From: the human T2T-CHM13v2.0 reference genome, Homo sapiens
Reading direction: 5' to 3' (one strand)
DNA length: 64,000 bases
NCBI RefSeq assembly: GCF_009914755.1
Contig: NC_060927.1
A program made the position numbers and the translations under genes. A model generated the notes under the pieces. That model was not told the origin of the DNA. It worked only from the letters and a program-made list of their open reading frames with translations, and searched no databases. This document shows positions 11,615 to 22,872 of this stretch, in pieces; positions within the stretch are counted from its first letter, which is position 1; every line of letters begins with the position of its first letter.

Positions 11615-13072
11615 AGGGGACCACAACTTCAAAACCGGACAGTCCCTTAAGATGTATCCTGAATAACTGGGACAAATTCAACTCTGAAACCTTAAAAAAG
11701 AAGGGGCTGCTTTTCTTCTATACCAGTGCCTGGCCACAGTATTCCTTACAAAATGGAGAAACTTGGCCCCCTGAGGGAAGTATTAATTATAACACCCTTC
11801 TACAACTAGATCGTTTCTGTAAACAGGAAGGTAAATGGAGTGAAGTCCCTTATGTATGGCTTTCTTTCCCTTTGTGACAATACTGCCCTGTGCCAAGCCT
11901 GCAAGCTTTGACCAAATGACAGAGGCCCACAATTGCCTCCATACTCAGGGCCTCTTCCAGCAGCCCCACTCTCCACCCCCACTGACTCTCCTCCATCCGG
12001 CCCCACTGAAGTGTTAAAGGCACACTGGAAAGAGAATGTAAGCTCCATGAGCCAGGCACCCAAACTATGTCCCTTACAAGCAGTAGGAGGAGAATTTGGG
12101 CCCACTGACGTGCATGCCCCCTTCTCACTCTCAGATTTAAAACAAATAAAGGCAGATTTAGGGGAATTCTCGGATGATCCTGATAACTATACAGATGTCC
12201 TGCAAGGATTGGGGCAGTCCTTTGATCTAACATGGAGAGATACCATGTTGCTTCTTGGTCAGACCTTAAGTCCTAGTGAAAAAGAATCAGCTTTAGCAGC
12301 TGTCCAGCAATTTGGGGATCTGTGGTACCTTAGCGAGGTAAATGATGGAATGACCCTGGAAGGAAAGGGAAAAATTCTCCACAGGCAACAGGCAGTCCCC
12401 ACTGTAGACCCTCACTGGGATTCTGACTCAGATCATGGAAACTGGAGCCACAGGCATTTGCTAACTTGCATTTTAGAAGGGTTGAGGAAGACTAGGAAAA
12501 AGCCTATGAATTACTCAATGCTATCCACAATTACACAGGGAAAAGAGGAAAACCCCTCCACTTTTCTAGAAAGGCTAAGGAAGGCCCTAAGAAAGCACAC
12601 ATCCCTAACTCCAGATTCCGTAGAAGGCCAACTTATTTTAAAGGATAAATTTATCACCTAATCAGCAGCTGACATTAGGAGAAAACTCCAAAAGTCTGCG
12701 TTAGGCCCAGAACAAAATTTGGACACATTATTAAAGCTGGCAACCTCGGTATTCTATAACAGGGACCAAGAGGAACAGGCCAAAAGGGAAAAGCAAGATA
12801 AGAGAAAGGCTGCAGCCTTAGTCATGGCCCTCAGAGAGGCAGACCTTGGTGGCTCAGAGGGAACCAAGAGAGGAGCAGGCCAATTGCCTAGTAGGGCTTG
12901 TTATCAGTCAAGTTTACAAGGACACTTGAAAAAAGACTGTCCAACAAAAAACAAACTACCCCCTTGCCCATGTCCAATATGCCAAGGCAATCACTGGAAG
13001 GTGCACTGCCTCAGAGGACGAAGGCCCTCTAGGCCAGAAGCACCCAACCAGATAATTCAGCAACAGGACCGA
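11615..13072 (+). pseudogene. gag: HERV30 gag, disrupted
   Basis: (M)[21 protein letters not shown] matrix with ATG lost; frameshift ~11857; stops 11909 and 12659; MHR TQGKEENPSTFLERLRKAL; zinc knuckles CYQSSLQGHLKKDC and CPICQGNHWKVHC. Confidence 0.92.
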
Positions 13073-13440
13073 GGGTGCCCAGGGCAAGCGCCAGCTCATG
13101 CCATCACCCTCACAGAGCCCAGGGTAAGTTTGACTGTTGAGGGCTAGGAAGTGGACTTCCTCCTGGATACTGGCGTGGCCTTCTCAGTTTTAGTCTCCTG
13201 CCCTGAGCAATTGTCCTCAAAGTCTGTTACTATCCGAGGAATCTTACGACAGCCTGTAACCAGGTATTTCTCTCGCTTCCTGAGCTGCAATTGGGAGACT
13301 GTGCTCTTTTCACGTGCCTTTCTTGTGATGCCCGAAAGTCCCACACCCTTATTAGGAAAGGACGTATTAGACAAAGCTGGGGCCATTATCTACATGAATA
13401 TGGAGAACAAATTACCCATTTGTTGGCCCCTACTTGAAAA
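13073..13440 (+). pseudogene. pro: HERV30 protease
   Basis: FLLDTGVAFSVL active site and PLLGKDVL; premature TAG at 13145-13147. Confidence 0.9.
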
Positions 13441-13710
13441 AGGAATCAACTTTGAAGTCTGGGCCTTAAAAGGACAATTTGGAAGGGCAAAGAATGCCCA
13501 TCCACTCCAAATCAGGCTAAAAGACCCCACCACTTTTCCTTATCAAAGGCAATATCCCTTAAGGCCTGAAACTCTCAAAGGATTACAGAATATTGTTAAA
13601 TATTTAAAAGCTCAAGGTTTACTAAAAAAAAATGTAGCAGTCCTTACAACACCCCAATCCTAGGAATACAAAAAACAAATGTTCAGTGGAGACTAATGCA
13701 AGACCTCAGG
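13441..13710 (+). pseudogene. pol: HERV30 pol, N-terminal RT fragment only
   Basis: YQRQYPLRPE, NTPILG and WRLMQDLR; ends before the YxDD motif; frameshift in the A-run at ~13625. Confidence 0.88.
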
Positions 13711-13711
13711 T

Positions 13712-14545
13712 TTCACCTGTCCAACTTCAGGCATTTTTTTCATCTGTGATAACACAGCCTATCCATGCCTAAATGGCACTCTGAAAGAACAATGCTTTCT
13801 TTCCTTTCTAGCACCTCCCATGTCCATATATACTGAAGAAGAGTTGCAAAGTCTCCTTATACCCCAATCTCGCCACATGTGAGCCCTTATTGTCCCTTTT
13901 ACTGTAGGAGCCGGAATACTTGACGGGCTTGGGATTGGAATTGGAGGCACAACTTCCTCCACCCAGTTCTATTATAAATTATCATGAGAATTAAATGATG
14001 ACATGGAATCAGTTGCCGACTCCCTAGTGACCCTACAAAGCCAGCTTAATTCTCTAGCTACAGTAGTCCTTCAAAACCAAAGACCCCTAGAATTATTAAC
14101 AGCTGAAAGAGGAGGAACCTGCCTCTTCTTAGAAGAAGAATGTTGCTATTTCGTTAACCAGTCAGAAATCATTACTAAAAAGACAAAAATAAACAAATAA
14201 ATAAAAGGTAAAAAAAAGGAGCTTGAACACTCAGGGCCCGGGAATATGTTTAACTAATGGATACCTTGGCTCCTCTCCTTTGTAGGCCCTGCGAGAGCAA
14301 TCCTATTATTACTTGCTTTTGGGCCTTGCATTTTTAACCTCCTTGTCAAATTTGTTTCCTCCAGGTTCGAGACCATCAAGCTACAAGAGGTCTTACAAAT
14401 GGAATCTCAAATGAGCTCAACTCACGGCTTCTACCGAGGACCCCTGGATCGACCCGCTGGTCCCTCACTAGGCTAAAAAGTTCCCCTCTGGAGGACACCA
14501 CAACTGCAGGGCCCCTTCTTCGCCCCTAATCAGCAGAAAGTAGCC
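13712..14545 (+). pseudogene. env: HERV30 env (SU C-terminus plus TM), disrupted
   Basis: SGIFFICDNTAYPCLNG, decayed furin site RHM* (13871-13882), fusion peptide, ISD LQNQRPLELLTAERGGT, CLFLEEECC; related to syncytin-1/HERV-W env. Confidence 0.92.
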
Positions 14546-14592
14546 AGAACGACAGCCGCCCAGGTCCCAACAGGAGTTGGGGTGTCCAATCT

Positions 14593-14602
14593 AGAGGGGG
14601 AA
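14593..14602 (+). promoter_or_regulatory. Polypurine tract
   Basis: AGAGGGGGAA immediately before the 3' LTR. Confidence 0.85.
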
Positions 14603-14603
14603 C

Positions 14604-15299
14604 TGAGAGGAGGTTCCAGCTGGGCTTCCTGGGTTGAGTAGGGGCTCAGAAAGTTGTGAAACTCACTCATTTCTTACATCAGGACTTACTTTGGTCCTGG
14701 ATGAATAATATTGAATATATATGCTTAAAATATTCCTAACACCAGGATTTGTGCATGTGTTTTCTTCCCCAAGAAAGCTATAAACAGCAAAACTTTTGCT
14801 GTAAGAATCCCTGTGTCCTCACTCTTTCTCTCCCTTCCCCCTCCCCTAAAACTAAAAGGAATGTTAAAAGTCCATTTTTCTGTGACCAGCAGACCTTATC
14901 TATGCTCCCAATTCTGATTCCTTATAAACACAATTTGTAAAATCCTGTGAGATCCTGTCTCCTTTGCCATGCCGCTACAAGGTTATAAAGTAGACAAAAC
15001 TGAAGTTACAATTCCGGTTTTCCTCAAGATCTGAGACATGTTAATTGTCTTTGTTTCTCGCTCTGGTAGCATCTTCCCCCCACACATATTTCTCGCCTTA
15101 AAGAGTTTAAAAGGTGATCAAAAAATCTAACACTGACTACCTGCTCGGGACCCCTTCCATGCTGTGGAAGCTGTGTACTGTCACTCTACTCAACAAAGCC
15201 TACAGCTTTTTTTCTCTCAGTCTGATCTCTGTCTCTCACCGCGGGCTGCTGCCACACCAAATCTTTGGCATGGCTAACGCAAGAACCTTTGGCGTTACA
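14604..15299 (+). mobile_element. 3' LTR (LTR30)
   Basis: TGAGAGGAGGTTCCAGCTGGGC...GGCGTTACA followed by TSD CTAG. Confidence 0.9.
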
Positions 15300-16890
15300 C
15301 TAGGATTATAAGGAACACAATAAAATGATACAGGAAATGAAATACAATATAGGCATCTTAAGAAAGAACCAAACTCAGCTGATAAAGCTGAAAAACTCAC
15401 TTAAAGAATTTCAGAGTACAATCCTAAGTATTAACAGTAGAATCAACCAAGCTGAGATAAGAATCTCAGAGCTCAAAGACCTGCTTTCTGAAATAAAGGA
15501 GTCATACAAAAATTATGAAAAAATAACAAAAAGAAAGAACACAACCTTAGAGAAATATTGGAGATGAAAAGAGACCAAATCTGTGACTCCTTTGCATCCT
15601 TGAAAGGAAGAGAAATCAAACAACTTAGAAGGCATGTTTTAGGATATTATTCATGAAATTTTCCCCAACTCCACTAGAGAGGGAAACATTCAAATTTAGA
15701 AAATTCAGAGACCCTTGGTGAAATACTACCAAAGAAGACCATCCCCAAGACACATAGTCCTCAGATACTCCAGGGATAAAATGAAAGAAAAAAAATGTTA
15801 AAGGCAGCTGGCGAGCAGATCTTCTACAAAAAGGAGCCCATCAGACTAACAGAGGTACTTTCCACAGAAATCTTACAAGCCAGAAGAGAAAGGAGACCTA
15901 TGGTCAGCATTCCTAAATAAAAGCATTTCCAACAAAGAATTACATATCCAACCCAAATAAAGTTCATAATTGGAAGAGAAATAAGATTATTTTCAGACCA
16001 GCAAATGCCAAGGGATTTTGTTACAATAAGGCTTGCCTTACAAGAGATCCCAAAGGGAGTGCTAAACATTACCAGCTGCTACAGAAACACACTTACGTAC
16101 ATAGACCAGTGACACTATAAAGCAACCAACCAAACAAGTCTGCATAATAACCTGCTAATAACATGATGACAGGAACTCATTTGCACATATCAACATTAAC
16201 TTTGAATATAAATAGGTGGAAGTCCCCCAATTAAAAGGCAGAGTGGCAAATTGGATAATGAAGCATGACCGAATGGTATGCTGTCTTCAAGAGACCCATC
16301 TCCCATGCAGTGACACGAAGAGGCTCAAAGTAAAGGGGTGGAGAAAAATCTAGCAAGCAAACAGAAAACAGAAGAAAAGAAGGGGTTGCTGTTCTAATTT
16401 AAGACAAAGTGGACTTTAAACCAGCAAAGATTAAAAAAGATGGAGAAGGGCATTGCATAATGGTAAAAGATGCAATTCCACAAGGAGACCTAAATAATCT
16501 TTAATATGTATGCACCCCAAACGGGAGCACCATATTCATAAAGCAAGTTCTTAGACACTTACAAAGAGACTTAGGCAGGCACACAATAATGATTGGAGAC
16601 TTCAGTGCTTCACTGGCAGTATCAGAAAGGTCACTGAGGCAGAAAACTAATAAAGGTATTTAGGACCTGAACTCAATACTTGACCAAAAGAACCTAATAG
16701 ATACATACAGAATGCTCCACCCAAAACCAGAAGAATATACGTTACCTTTTATTTGCACATGGCATATACCTTAAATTGACCATATAATCAGACATAAAAC
16801 AATCCTCAGCAAATTCAAAAAATCTGAAATTATACCAACCACAGTCACAGACCACAGGACAATAAAAATAAAAATGAATCTTAAGGAAAT

Positions 16891-18271
16891 TGACAGGTGA
16901 GAGCGTGCTGGCAGTCCTCACAGCCCTGGCTTGCTCTCGGCACCTCCTCTGCCTGGGCTCCCACTTTGGCGGCACTTGAGGAGCCCCTCAGCCCACCCCT
17001 GCACTGTGGGAGCCCCTTTCTGGGCTGGCCAAGGCTGGAGCCGGCTCCCTCAGCTTGCGAGGAGGTGTGGAGGGAGAGGCGCAGGCTTCCCCTGTGGTGC
17101 TTGTGGGCCAGCGTGAGTTTCGGGTGGGCGTGGGCTCCGCAGACGCTGCACTTGGAGCAGCCGGCCGGCCCCACCGGTACTGGGCAGTGAGGGGCTTAGC
17201 ACCTGGGCCAGCAGCTGCTGTGCTTGATTTTTCGCCTGGTCTTAGCTGCCTCCCCACAGGGCAGGGCTCGGGACCTGCAGCCCGCCATACCTGAGCCTCC
17301 CCCACTCCGTGGGCTCCTGTGCTGCCCAAGCCTCCCCAATGAGAGCCGCCCCCTGCTCCACAGCGCTCAGTCCCATGGACCACCCAAGGGCTGAGGAGTG
17401 CGGGCGCACAGCGCGGGACTGGCAGGCAGCTCCACCTGCAGCCCCAGTGTGGGATCCACTGGGTTAGTGAAGCCAGCTGGGCTCCTGAGTCTGGTGGGGA
17501 CGTGGAGAATCTTTATGTCTAGCTCAGGGATTGTAAATACACCAATCAGCACTCTGTATCTAGCTCAAGGTTTGTAAACACACCAATCAGCACCCTGTGT
17601 CTAGCTCAGGGTTTGTGAATGCACCAATCCACACTCTGTATCTAGCTACTCTGGTGGGGCCTTGGAGAACCTTTGTGTGGACACTCTGTATCTAGCTAAT
17701 CTGGTGGGGACATGGAGAACCTTTGTGTCTAGCTCAGGGACTGTAAACGCACCAATCAGCACCTTGTCAAAACAGACCACTCAGCTCTACCAATCAGCAG
17801 GATGTGGGTGGGGCCAGATAAGAGAATAAAAGCAGGCTGTGGGAGCCAGCATTGGCAACCCACTCGGGTCCCCTTCCACACTGTGGAAGCTTTGTTCTTT
17901 TGCTCTTTGCAATAAATCTTGCTACTGCTTACTTTTTGGATCCACGCTGCCTTTATGAGCTGTAACACTCACCGTGAAGGTCTGCAGCTTCATTCCTGAA
18001 GCCAGCGAGACCACGAACCAACCAGCAGGAATGAACAACTCCAGACGCGCCGCCTTAAGAGCTGTTAACACTCACCGCGAAGGTCTGCAGCTTCACTCCT
18101 GAGCCAGCAAGACCACGAACCCACCAGAAGGAAGAAACTCCGAACACATGTGAACATCAGAAGGAACAAACTCCTGACACACCGCCTTTAAGAACTGTAA
18201 CACTCACCGCGAGGGTTCACAGCTTCATTCTTGAAGTCAGTGAGACCAAGAGCCCACCAATTCTGGACACA
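16891..18271 (+). mobile_element. LTR12C (ERV9) solo LTR
   Basis: TGACAGGTGAGAGCGTGCTGGCAGTCCTCACAGCC...CCAATTCTGGACACA; TSD AAAT/AAAC; the L1 ORF2 resumes exactly afterwards. Confidence 0.93.
17490..17835 (+). promoter_or_regulatory. LTR12C U3 tandem CCAAT (NF-Y)/GATA enhancer repeats and AATAAAA TATA-like box
   Basis: Repeated CACCAATCAGCAC(T/C)CTGT(A/G)TCTAGCT units; GATAAGAGAATAAAAGCAGGC at ~17817-17837. Confidence 0.8.
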
Positions 18272-21200
18272 AAACCACTCATAACCATATAATTACATGG
18301 AAATTAAACAACCAGCTTCTAAATGACCTTTAGGTAAATAGTAAAATTAAGACAGAAATCAAGACTTCATTTGAAATTTATGAGAACAAAGATATAACAT
18401 ACCAGAATCTCTGGGACACAGCTAAAGCATTGTTAACTGGGAGGGTTATAGCATTAAATGTCCATATCAAAAAGTTAGATCTTAAATTAATAATCTAACA
18501 TTACAACTAGAGGAATTATAGAAACAAGAGCAAACCAAAGCTAGCAGAAGACAAGAAATAGTCAAAATCAGATCTGAACTGAAGGAAATTGAGGTGAGGA
18601 AAACCATACAAAAGATCAACAAATCCAGGAGTTGTTTTTTTTTTTTTTGAAAAAAAGTTTAAATAGACAGACCAATACTAGACTAATATAGAAAAAAGCA
18701 GAGAGGATTCAAATAAACACAATTAGAAAAGACAAAGGGGACATTTCCACTGACCCCAGATAAATACAAAAAAAAAAATTCAGAGACTATTATGAACAAC
18801 CATATGCACACAAACTAGAAAATCTAGAAGAAATGTATACATTTCTGAACACATGCAAGTTCCCAAAACTGAATCAAGAAGAAATTGAATCCCTGAACAG
18901 GCCAGTAACAAGTTCCAAAATCACATCAGTTAAGAAGCCTGCCAACCAAGATAGCCCAGGACCAGGTGAATTCACTGCCGAATTCTACCAGATGTGTAAA
19001 GGAGTGTCGGTACCACTCCTAATAAATCTATTTTTAAAAATTGAGAGGAGGAACTCTTTTCTAACTTTTTCTATGAGGCCAGCATCACCTTGATACCTAA
19101 ACCTAGCAGAGAGACAACAACAACAATGTACTTCATTCCAATATTCTTGATGAACACAGATGCAAACTTCCTCAACAAAACAGTAGGAAACCGAGTCCAG
19201 AAGCACCTTAAGAAGCAAATTCACCACAATCAAATTGGCTTTATCTCTGGGATGCAAGGTTGGTTCAACATATGCAAATTGATAAATATGATTCATCACA
19301 TAAACAGAACTAAAAACAAAAAGCGCATAATCATCTTGGATATTGAAAGCAGAAAAGGCTTTCAATAAAATTCAACATATCTTTATGTTAAAAGCCCTCA
19401 ACAAACTAGACACTGCAAGAAGATATGTCAAAATAATAACTGTCTGTGACAAACCCGCAGCCAACATCATACTGAATGAGCAAAACCAGAAAATATTCCC
19501 TTTGTAAATTGGAACAAGGCAAGGATGAGCTATCTCAACACTCCTATTCAACTAGTACTGCAAGTCCTGGACAGAGTAATCAGGCAAAAGACACAAGTAA
19601 AAGACATCTAAATAGGGCGAGAGGGAGTCAAACTATCCCTGTTTGCTGATGATATGATTGTATACCTAGAAAGCCCTATAGTCTCTGCCCCAAAGGTCCT
19701 AGATGTGAAAAAAAAAGAAAAAAACTTCCGCAAAGGTTCAGGATACAAAATCAATGTACAAAAATTAATATCAATGTAAATATATAAAATATATAATTTA
19801 AATATAAATATATAAAACATATAAAATTTCTATACACCAAAATCATACAAGCTGAGAGCCAATCAAGAATCCAATTCCATTCATAAGTCACAAAAAGAAT
19901 AAAATACCTAGGAATACAGCTAACCAATGAGGTGAAAAATCTCTACAATGAGAATTACAAAATGCTACTCAAAGCAATTAGAGGTGACACAAATAAATGG
20001 AAAAACATTCCATGCTCATGGACAGGAAGAATCAATATTGTGAAAATGTTATTATTTCCCAAAGCAATTTATAGATTCAGTGCTATTCCTATCAACCTAC
20101 TAATGACATTCTTCACAGAACTAGAAAAAAACTATTTTGAAATTTATATGGAGCTAAAAACGAGCCCAAAGAGCCAAGGCAATTTTAAGTTAAAAGAACA
20201 AAGCTGGAGGCATCACATTACCTGACTTCAAACTATACTAAAAGCTTACAGTAATCAAAACAGCATGGTACTGGTACAGAACAGACACATTGAACAATGG
20301 AGCAGAATAGAAAACCCAGAAAATAAGACCACACGCCTACAACCATCTGATCTTTGACAAAGTCGACAAAAACAAGCAATGGTGATGGACTTCCTATTCA
20401 ATGAAAGGTGATGAGATAACTGGCTAGCTGTATGCAGAAGATTGAAACTGGGCCTCTTTCTTACACCATATACAAAAAGCAACTCAAGGTGAATTAAAGA
20501 CTTAAATGTAAAACCTAAAACTATAAAAACCCTGGAACATAACCTAGGAAATAACATTCTGAACACAGAACTGGGCAATTATATCATGACGAAGATGCTG
20601 AGAGCAATTGCATCAGGAACAAATAATTGACAAATGGAACCTAATTAAACTAAAAAGCTTTTCACAGCAAAAGAAACTATCAAAAGAATAAACAGACAAC
20701 CTACAGTATAGGAGAAAATATTTGCAAACTGTACATCTAACAAAAGTGCAATATGTAGCATCTATAAGTAACTTAAATTTACAAGCCAAAAACAATCCCA
20801 TTGAAAAGTGGACAAAGGACATGAACAGGCATATTCAAAATAAGATACACATGCAGTCAACAAGCAGATGAGAAAATACTCAGTATCACTAATTATTTGA
20901 GAAGGGCAACTCAAAACCACAATGAGATACCATATTACACTACTCAGAATGGTTATTACTAAAAAGTCAAAAAAATAACAGATGCTGGTGAGGTTGTGGA
21001 GAAAAGGGAATGCTTATACACTACTGGTAGGAATGTAAATTAGTTTAAATCATTATTCTGGAAAGTAGTTTGGCAATTTCTGAAAGAACATAAAACAGAG
21101 TTGCTATTCAACCTCTTGTTAGCAATCTCACTATTGGGTAGTCTGGATAAAGAAAATGTGTTACATCTATACCATAGAATATTACATAGCCATAAAAATG

Positions 21201-22011
21201 TACCAGATCATGTACTTTGCATGAACATGAATGGAGCTAGAGTCCCTTATCCTAAGTAAACTAACACAGGAACAGAAAAACAATTACCACATATTTTCAC
21301 TTATAATTGGAATCTAAACACTGAGTACCTATGGATACGAAGAACGGAAAAACAGACACCGGACCTACTTGAGGGTGGAGGTTGGGAGGAGAGTGAGGAT
21401 CAAAGAACTACCTATTAAATACTATGCTCATTACCTGGGTAATGAAATAATCTGTACACCAAACCCCCAGGGAAACCATAACCTAGGGAAAGTAAACCCT
21501 ACAAACTAGGAAATACCTGGGAGTTTGGTATACACATTATTTCATCACCCAGAAATAACAAACCTGCATGTGTACCTGTGAACCTAAAATAAAAGTTTTA
21601 AAAAAAGAAAAGCATGAATCATTCGAAAGCTTTAACAATTTAAGAAGTGTACACACACACTTTTTAAAGCAGATAGTTTAACTTGGGCAAATTCCTGGTG
21701 ATGCTGCCAAGTGTTGTGAGGTTCTGGCTACAGCCCTCAGACAAAGCAATTTTCTTATGTGGCTTTTTTTTGTGGTATTTATAAAACAAAGTGAACTTGT
21801 AACTGTGTGCCTGCATGGTGAGACACTAGAGGGAAAGAGAGGAAACACTTGGAACCCAACCCATTAAAACTAACTAAAGAGCTTTTCGTTTCAAAATATC
21901 TGCTCAAGGGAAAACTATAGTCTCTGACAGTTCAAAGTAAAATCCTACATCTCTCCATCCCCAACTCACAAAATATTATTACTGAATAAGAATGCCACAA
22001 TGTGATCTGGC

Positions 22012-22049
22012 GTGTGTGTGTGTGTGTGTGTGCATGTGTGTGTGTGTGT
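22012..22049. repeat. (TG)n microsatellite
   Basis: Interrupted TG run. Confidence 0.9.
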
Positions 22050-22480
22050 CAGACAGAGTGTGTTATAGAAAATAATTATTTATTAAAATTTTATATTGAC
22101 TTATAGCCTGTAGATACTGAGTGGGTTTCTATAGAGATCCACAAATTAGACATTTTCTCTTGTTGTAGATCGAACGCTCTATTTTTTATGTTAGAATTGG
22201 AAAACTTAGAAAATAAAAATAATTTGATAATATTCAGCCATTTCCATTTCTTCTGTTTTCAACGTAGACAAATGGGTGCTTACCCATATAATTTTATTTT
22301 TCCTATTTTTCTGAAGTCTTAGAAATTTGAAGATTTAAAAAATCCTCAAAAGTAAAATTTCCCAATTGATTTTTCTGACTTTAATTCAAACTAGAAAAAA
22401 ATATGATGTCCCCAAATTAATAATTATTATAAGCTTTGAGACTCATTCAATTGGGGTTTAACTGAAAGATAAATATTATT

Positions 22481-22594
22481 GGAAAGATTTGGCAAAACTG
22501 AATTTGACTTAGATATTGTCTAAAGAGTTTTGTTTTTGGAAAGATTTCGTGAAACTGAATTTGACTTGGATATTGTCTAAAGAGTTTTGTTTCT
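22481..22594. repeat. 57-bp tandem duplication (2 copies)
   Basis: GGAAAGATTT....AAACTGAATTTGACTT.GATATTGTCTAAAGAGTTTTGTTT.T starting at 22481 and 22538. Confidence 0.95.
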
Positions 22595-22712
22595 GAAAAT
22601 ACAATGATTGCTTGATAGAATGGTTGCTTGAAAGTCTCTATTTGAACCTTTTATTAGCCATGTGATTCTATGTGTTAATTTCATTTATTATGGGAGCAAT
22701 TGGCTGATTATA

Positions 22713-22872
22713 ACCATCAACAGATGAATAGATAAAGAAAATGTGGTATATATACACAATGGAATACTATTTAGCCATACGAAGAATAAAATATGGTCAT
22801 TTGAGGCAACATAGATAAGCCTGGAAGGCATTATGTTATGAGAAATAATTTAGGCACAGAAGGAGAAATATG
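22713..22872 (+). mobile_element. L1MA-type ORF2-end fragment
   Basis: CCATCAACAGATGAATAGATAAAGAAAATGTGGTATATATACACAATGGAATACTATT. Confidence 0.85.

Larger units (their letters stand above)
9548..15299 (+). mobile_element. HERV30 (HERV-W/ERV9-related) provirus, internally deleted, ~5.75 kb
   Basis: Two ~0.7-kb direct LTRs (TG...CA), perfect 4-bp TSD CTAG (9544-9547, 15300-15303), PBS, gag-pro-pol'/'env, PPT. Confidence 0.9.
9390..21612 (+). mobile_element. L1PA16-like LINE-1, 5'-truncated within ORF1, interrupted by HERV30 and LTR12C; ORFs disrupted
   Basis: ORF1 (GAAATGGCTGAAATGATAGAAG...; ILRKNQTQLIKLKNSL), ORF2 remnants ([34 protein letters not shown]), 3'UTR GTGAGGATCAAAGAACTACC, AATAAA and A-tail at ~21590-21612; collinear across both insertions. 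Confidence 0.9.

Noticed and set aside
11933-12661. 242-aa ORF as a functional capsid gene
   Set aside because: It is a stop-bounded piece of gag starting at TTG; the matrix ATG is lost and upstream and downstream parts are disrupted.
13712-14545. Domesticated syncytin-like env gene
   Set aside because: No signal peptide or 5' SU, in-frame stops at 13880 and ~13985, decayed furin site, frameshift before the transmembrane anchor.
16881-17552. Cluster of overlapping ORFs / CpG-island gene promoter
   Set aside because: Lies entirely within the GC-rich LTR12C U3; the ORFs reflect low stop-codon frequency.
17490-17800. CRISPR-like spaced repeats
   Set aside because: These are the known LTR12C U3 tandem enhancer repeats; the spacers are related to each other and there are no cas genes in this eukaryotic DNA.
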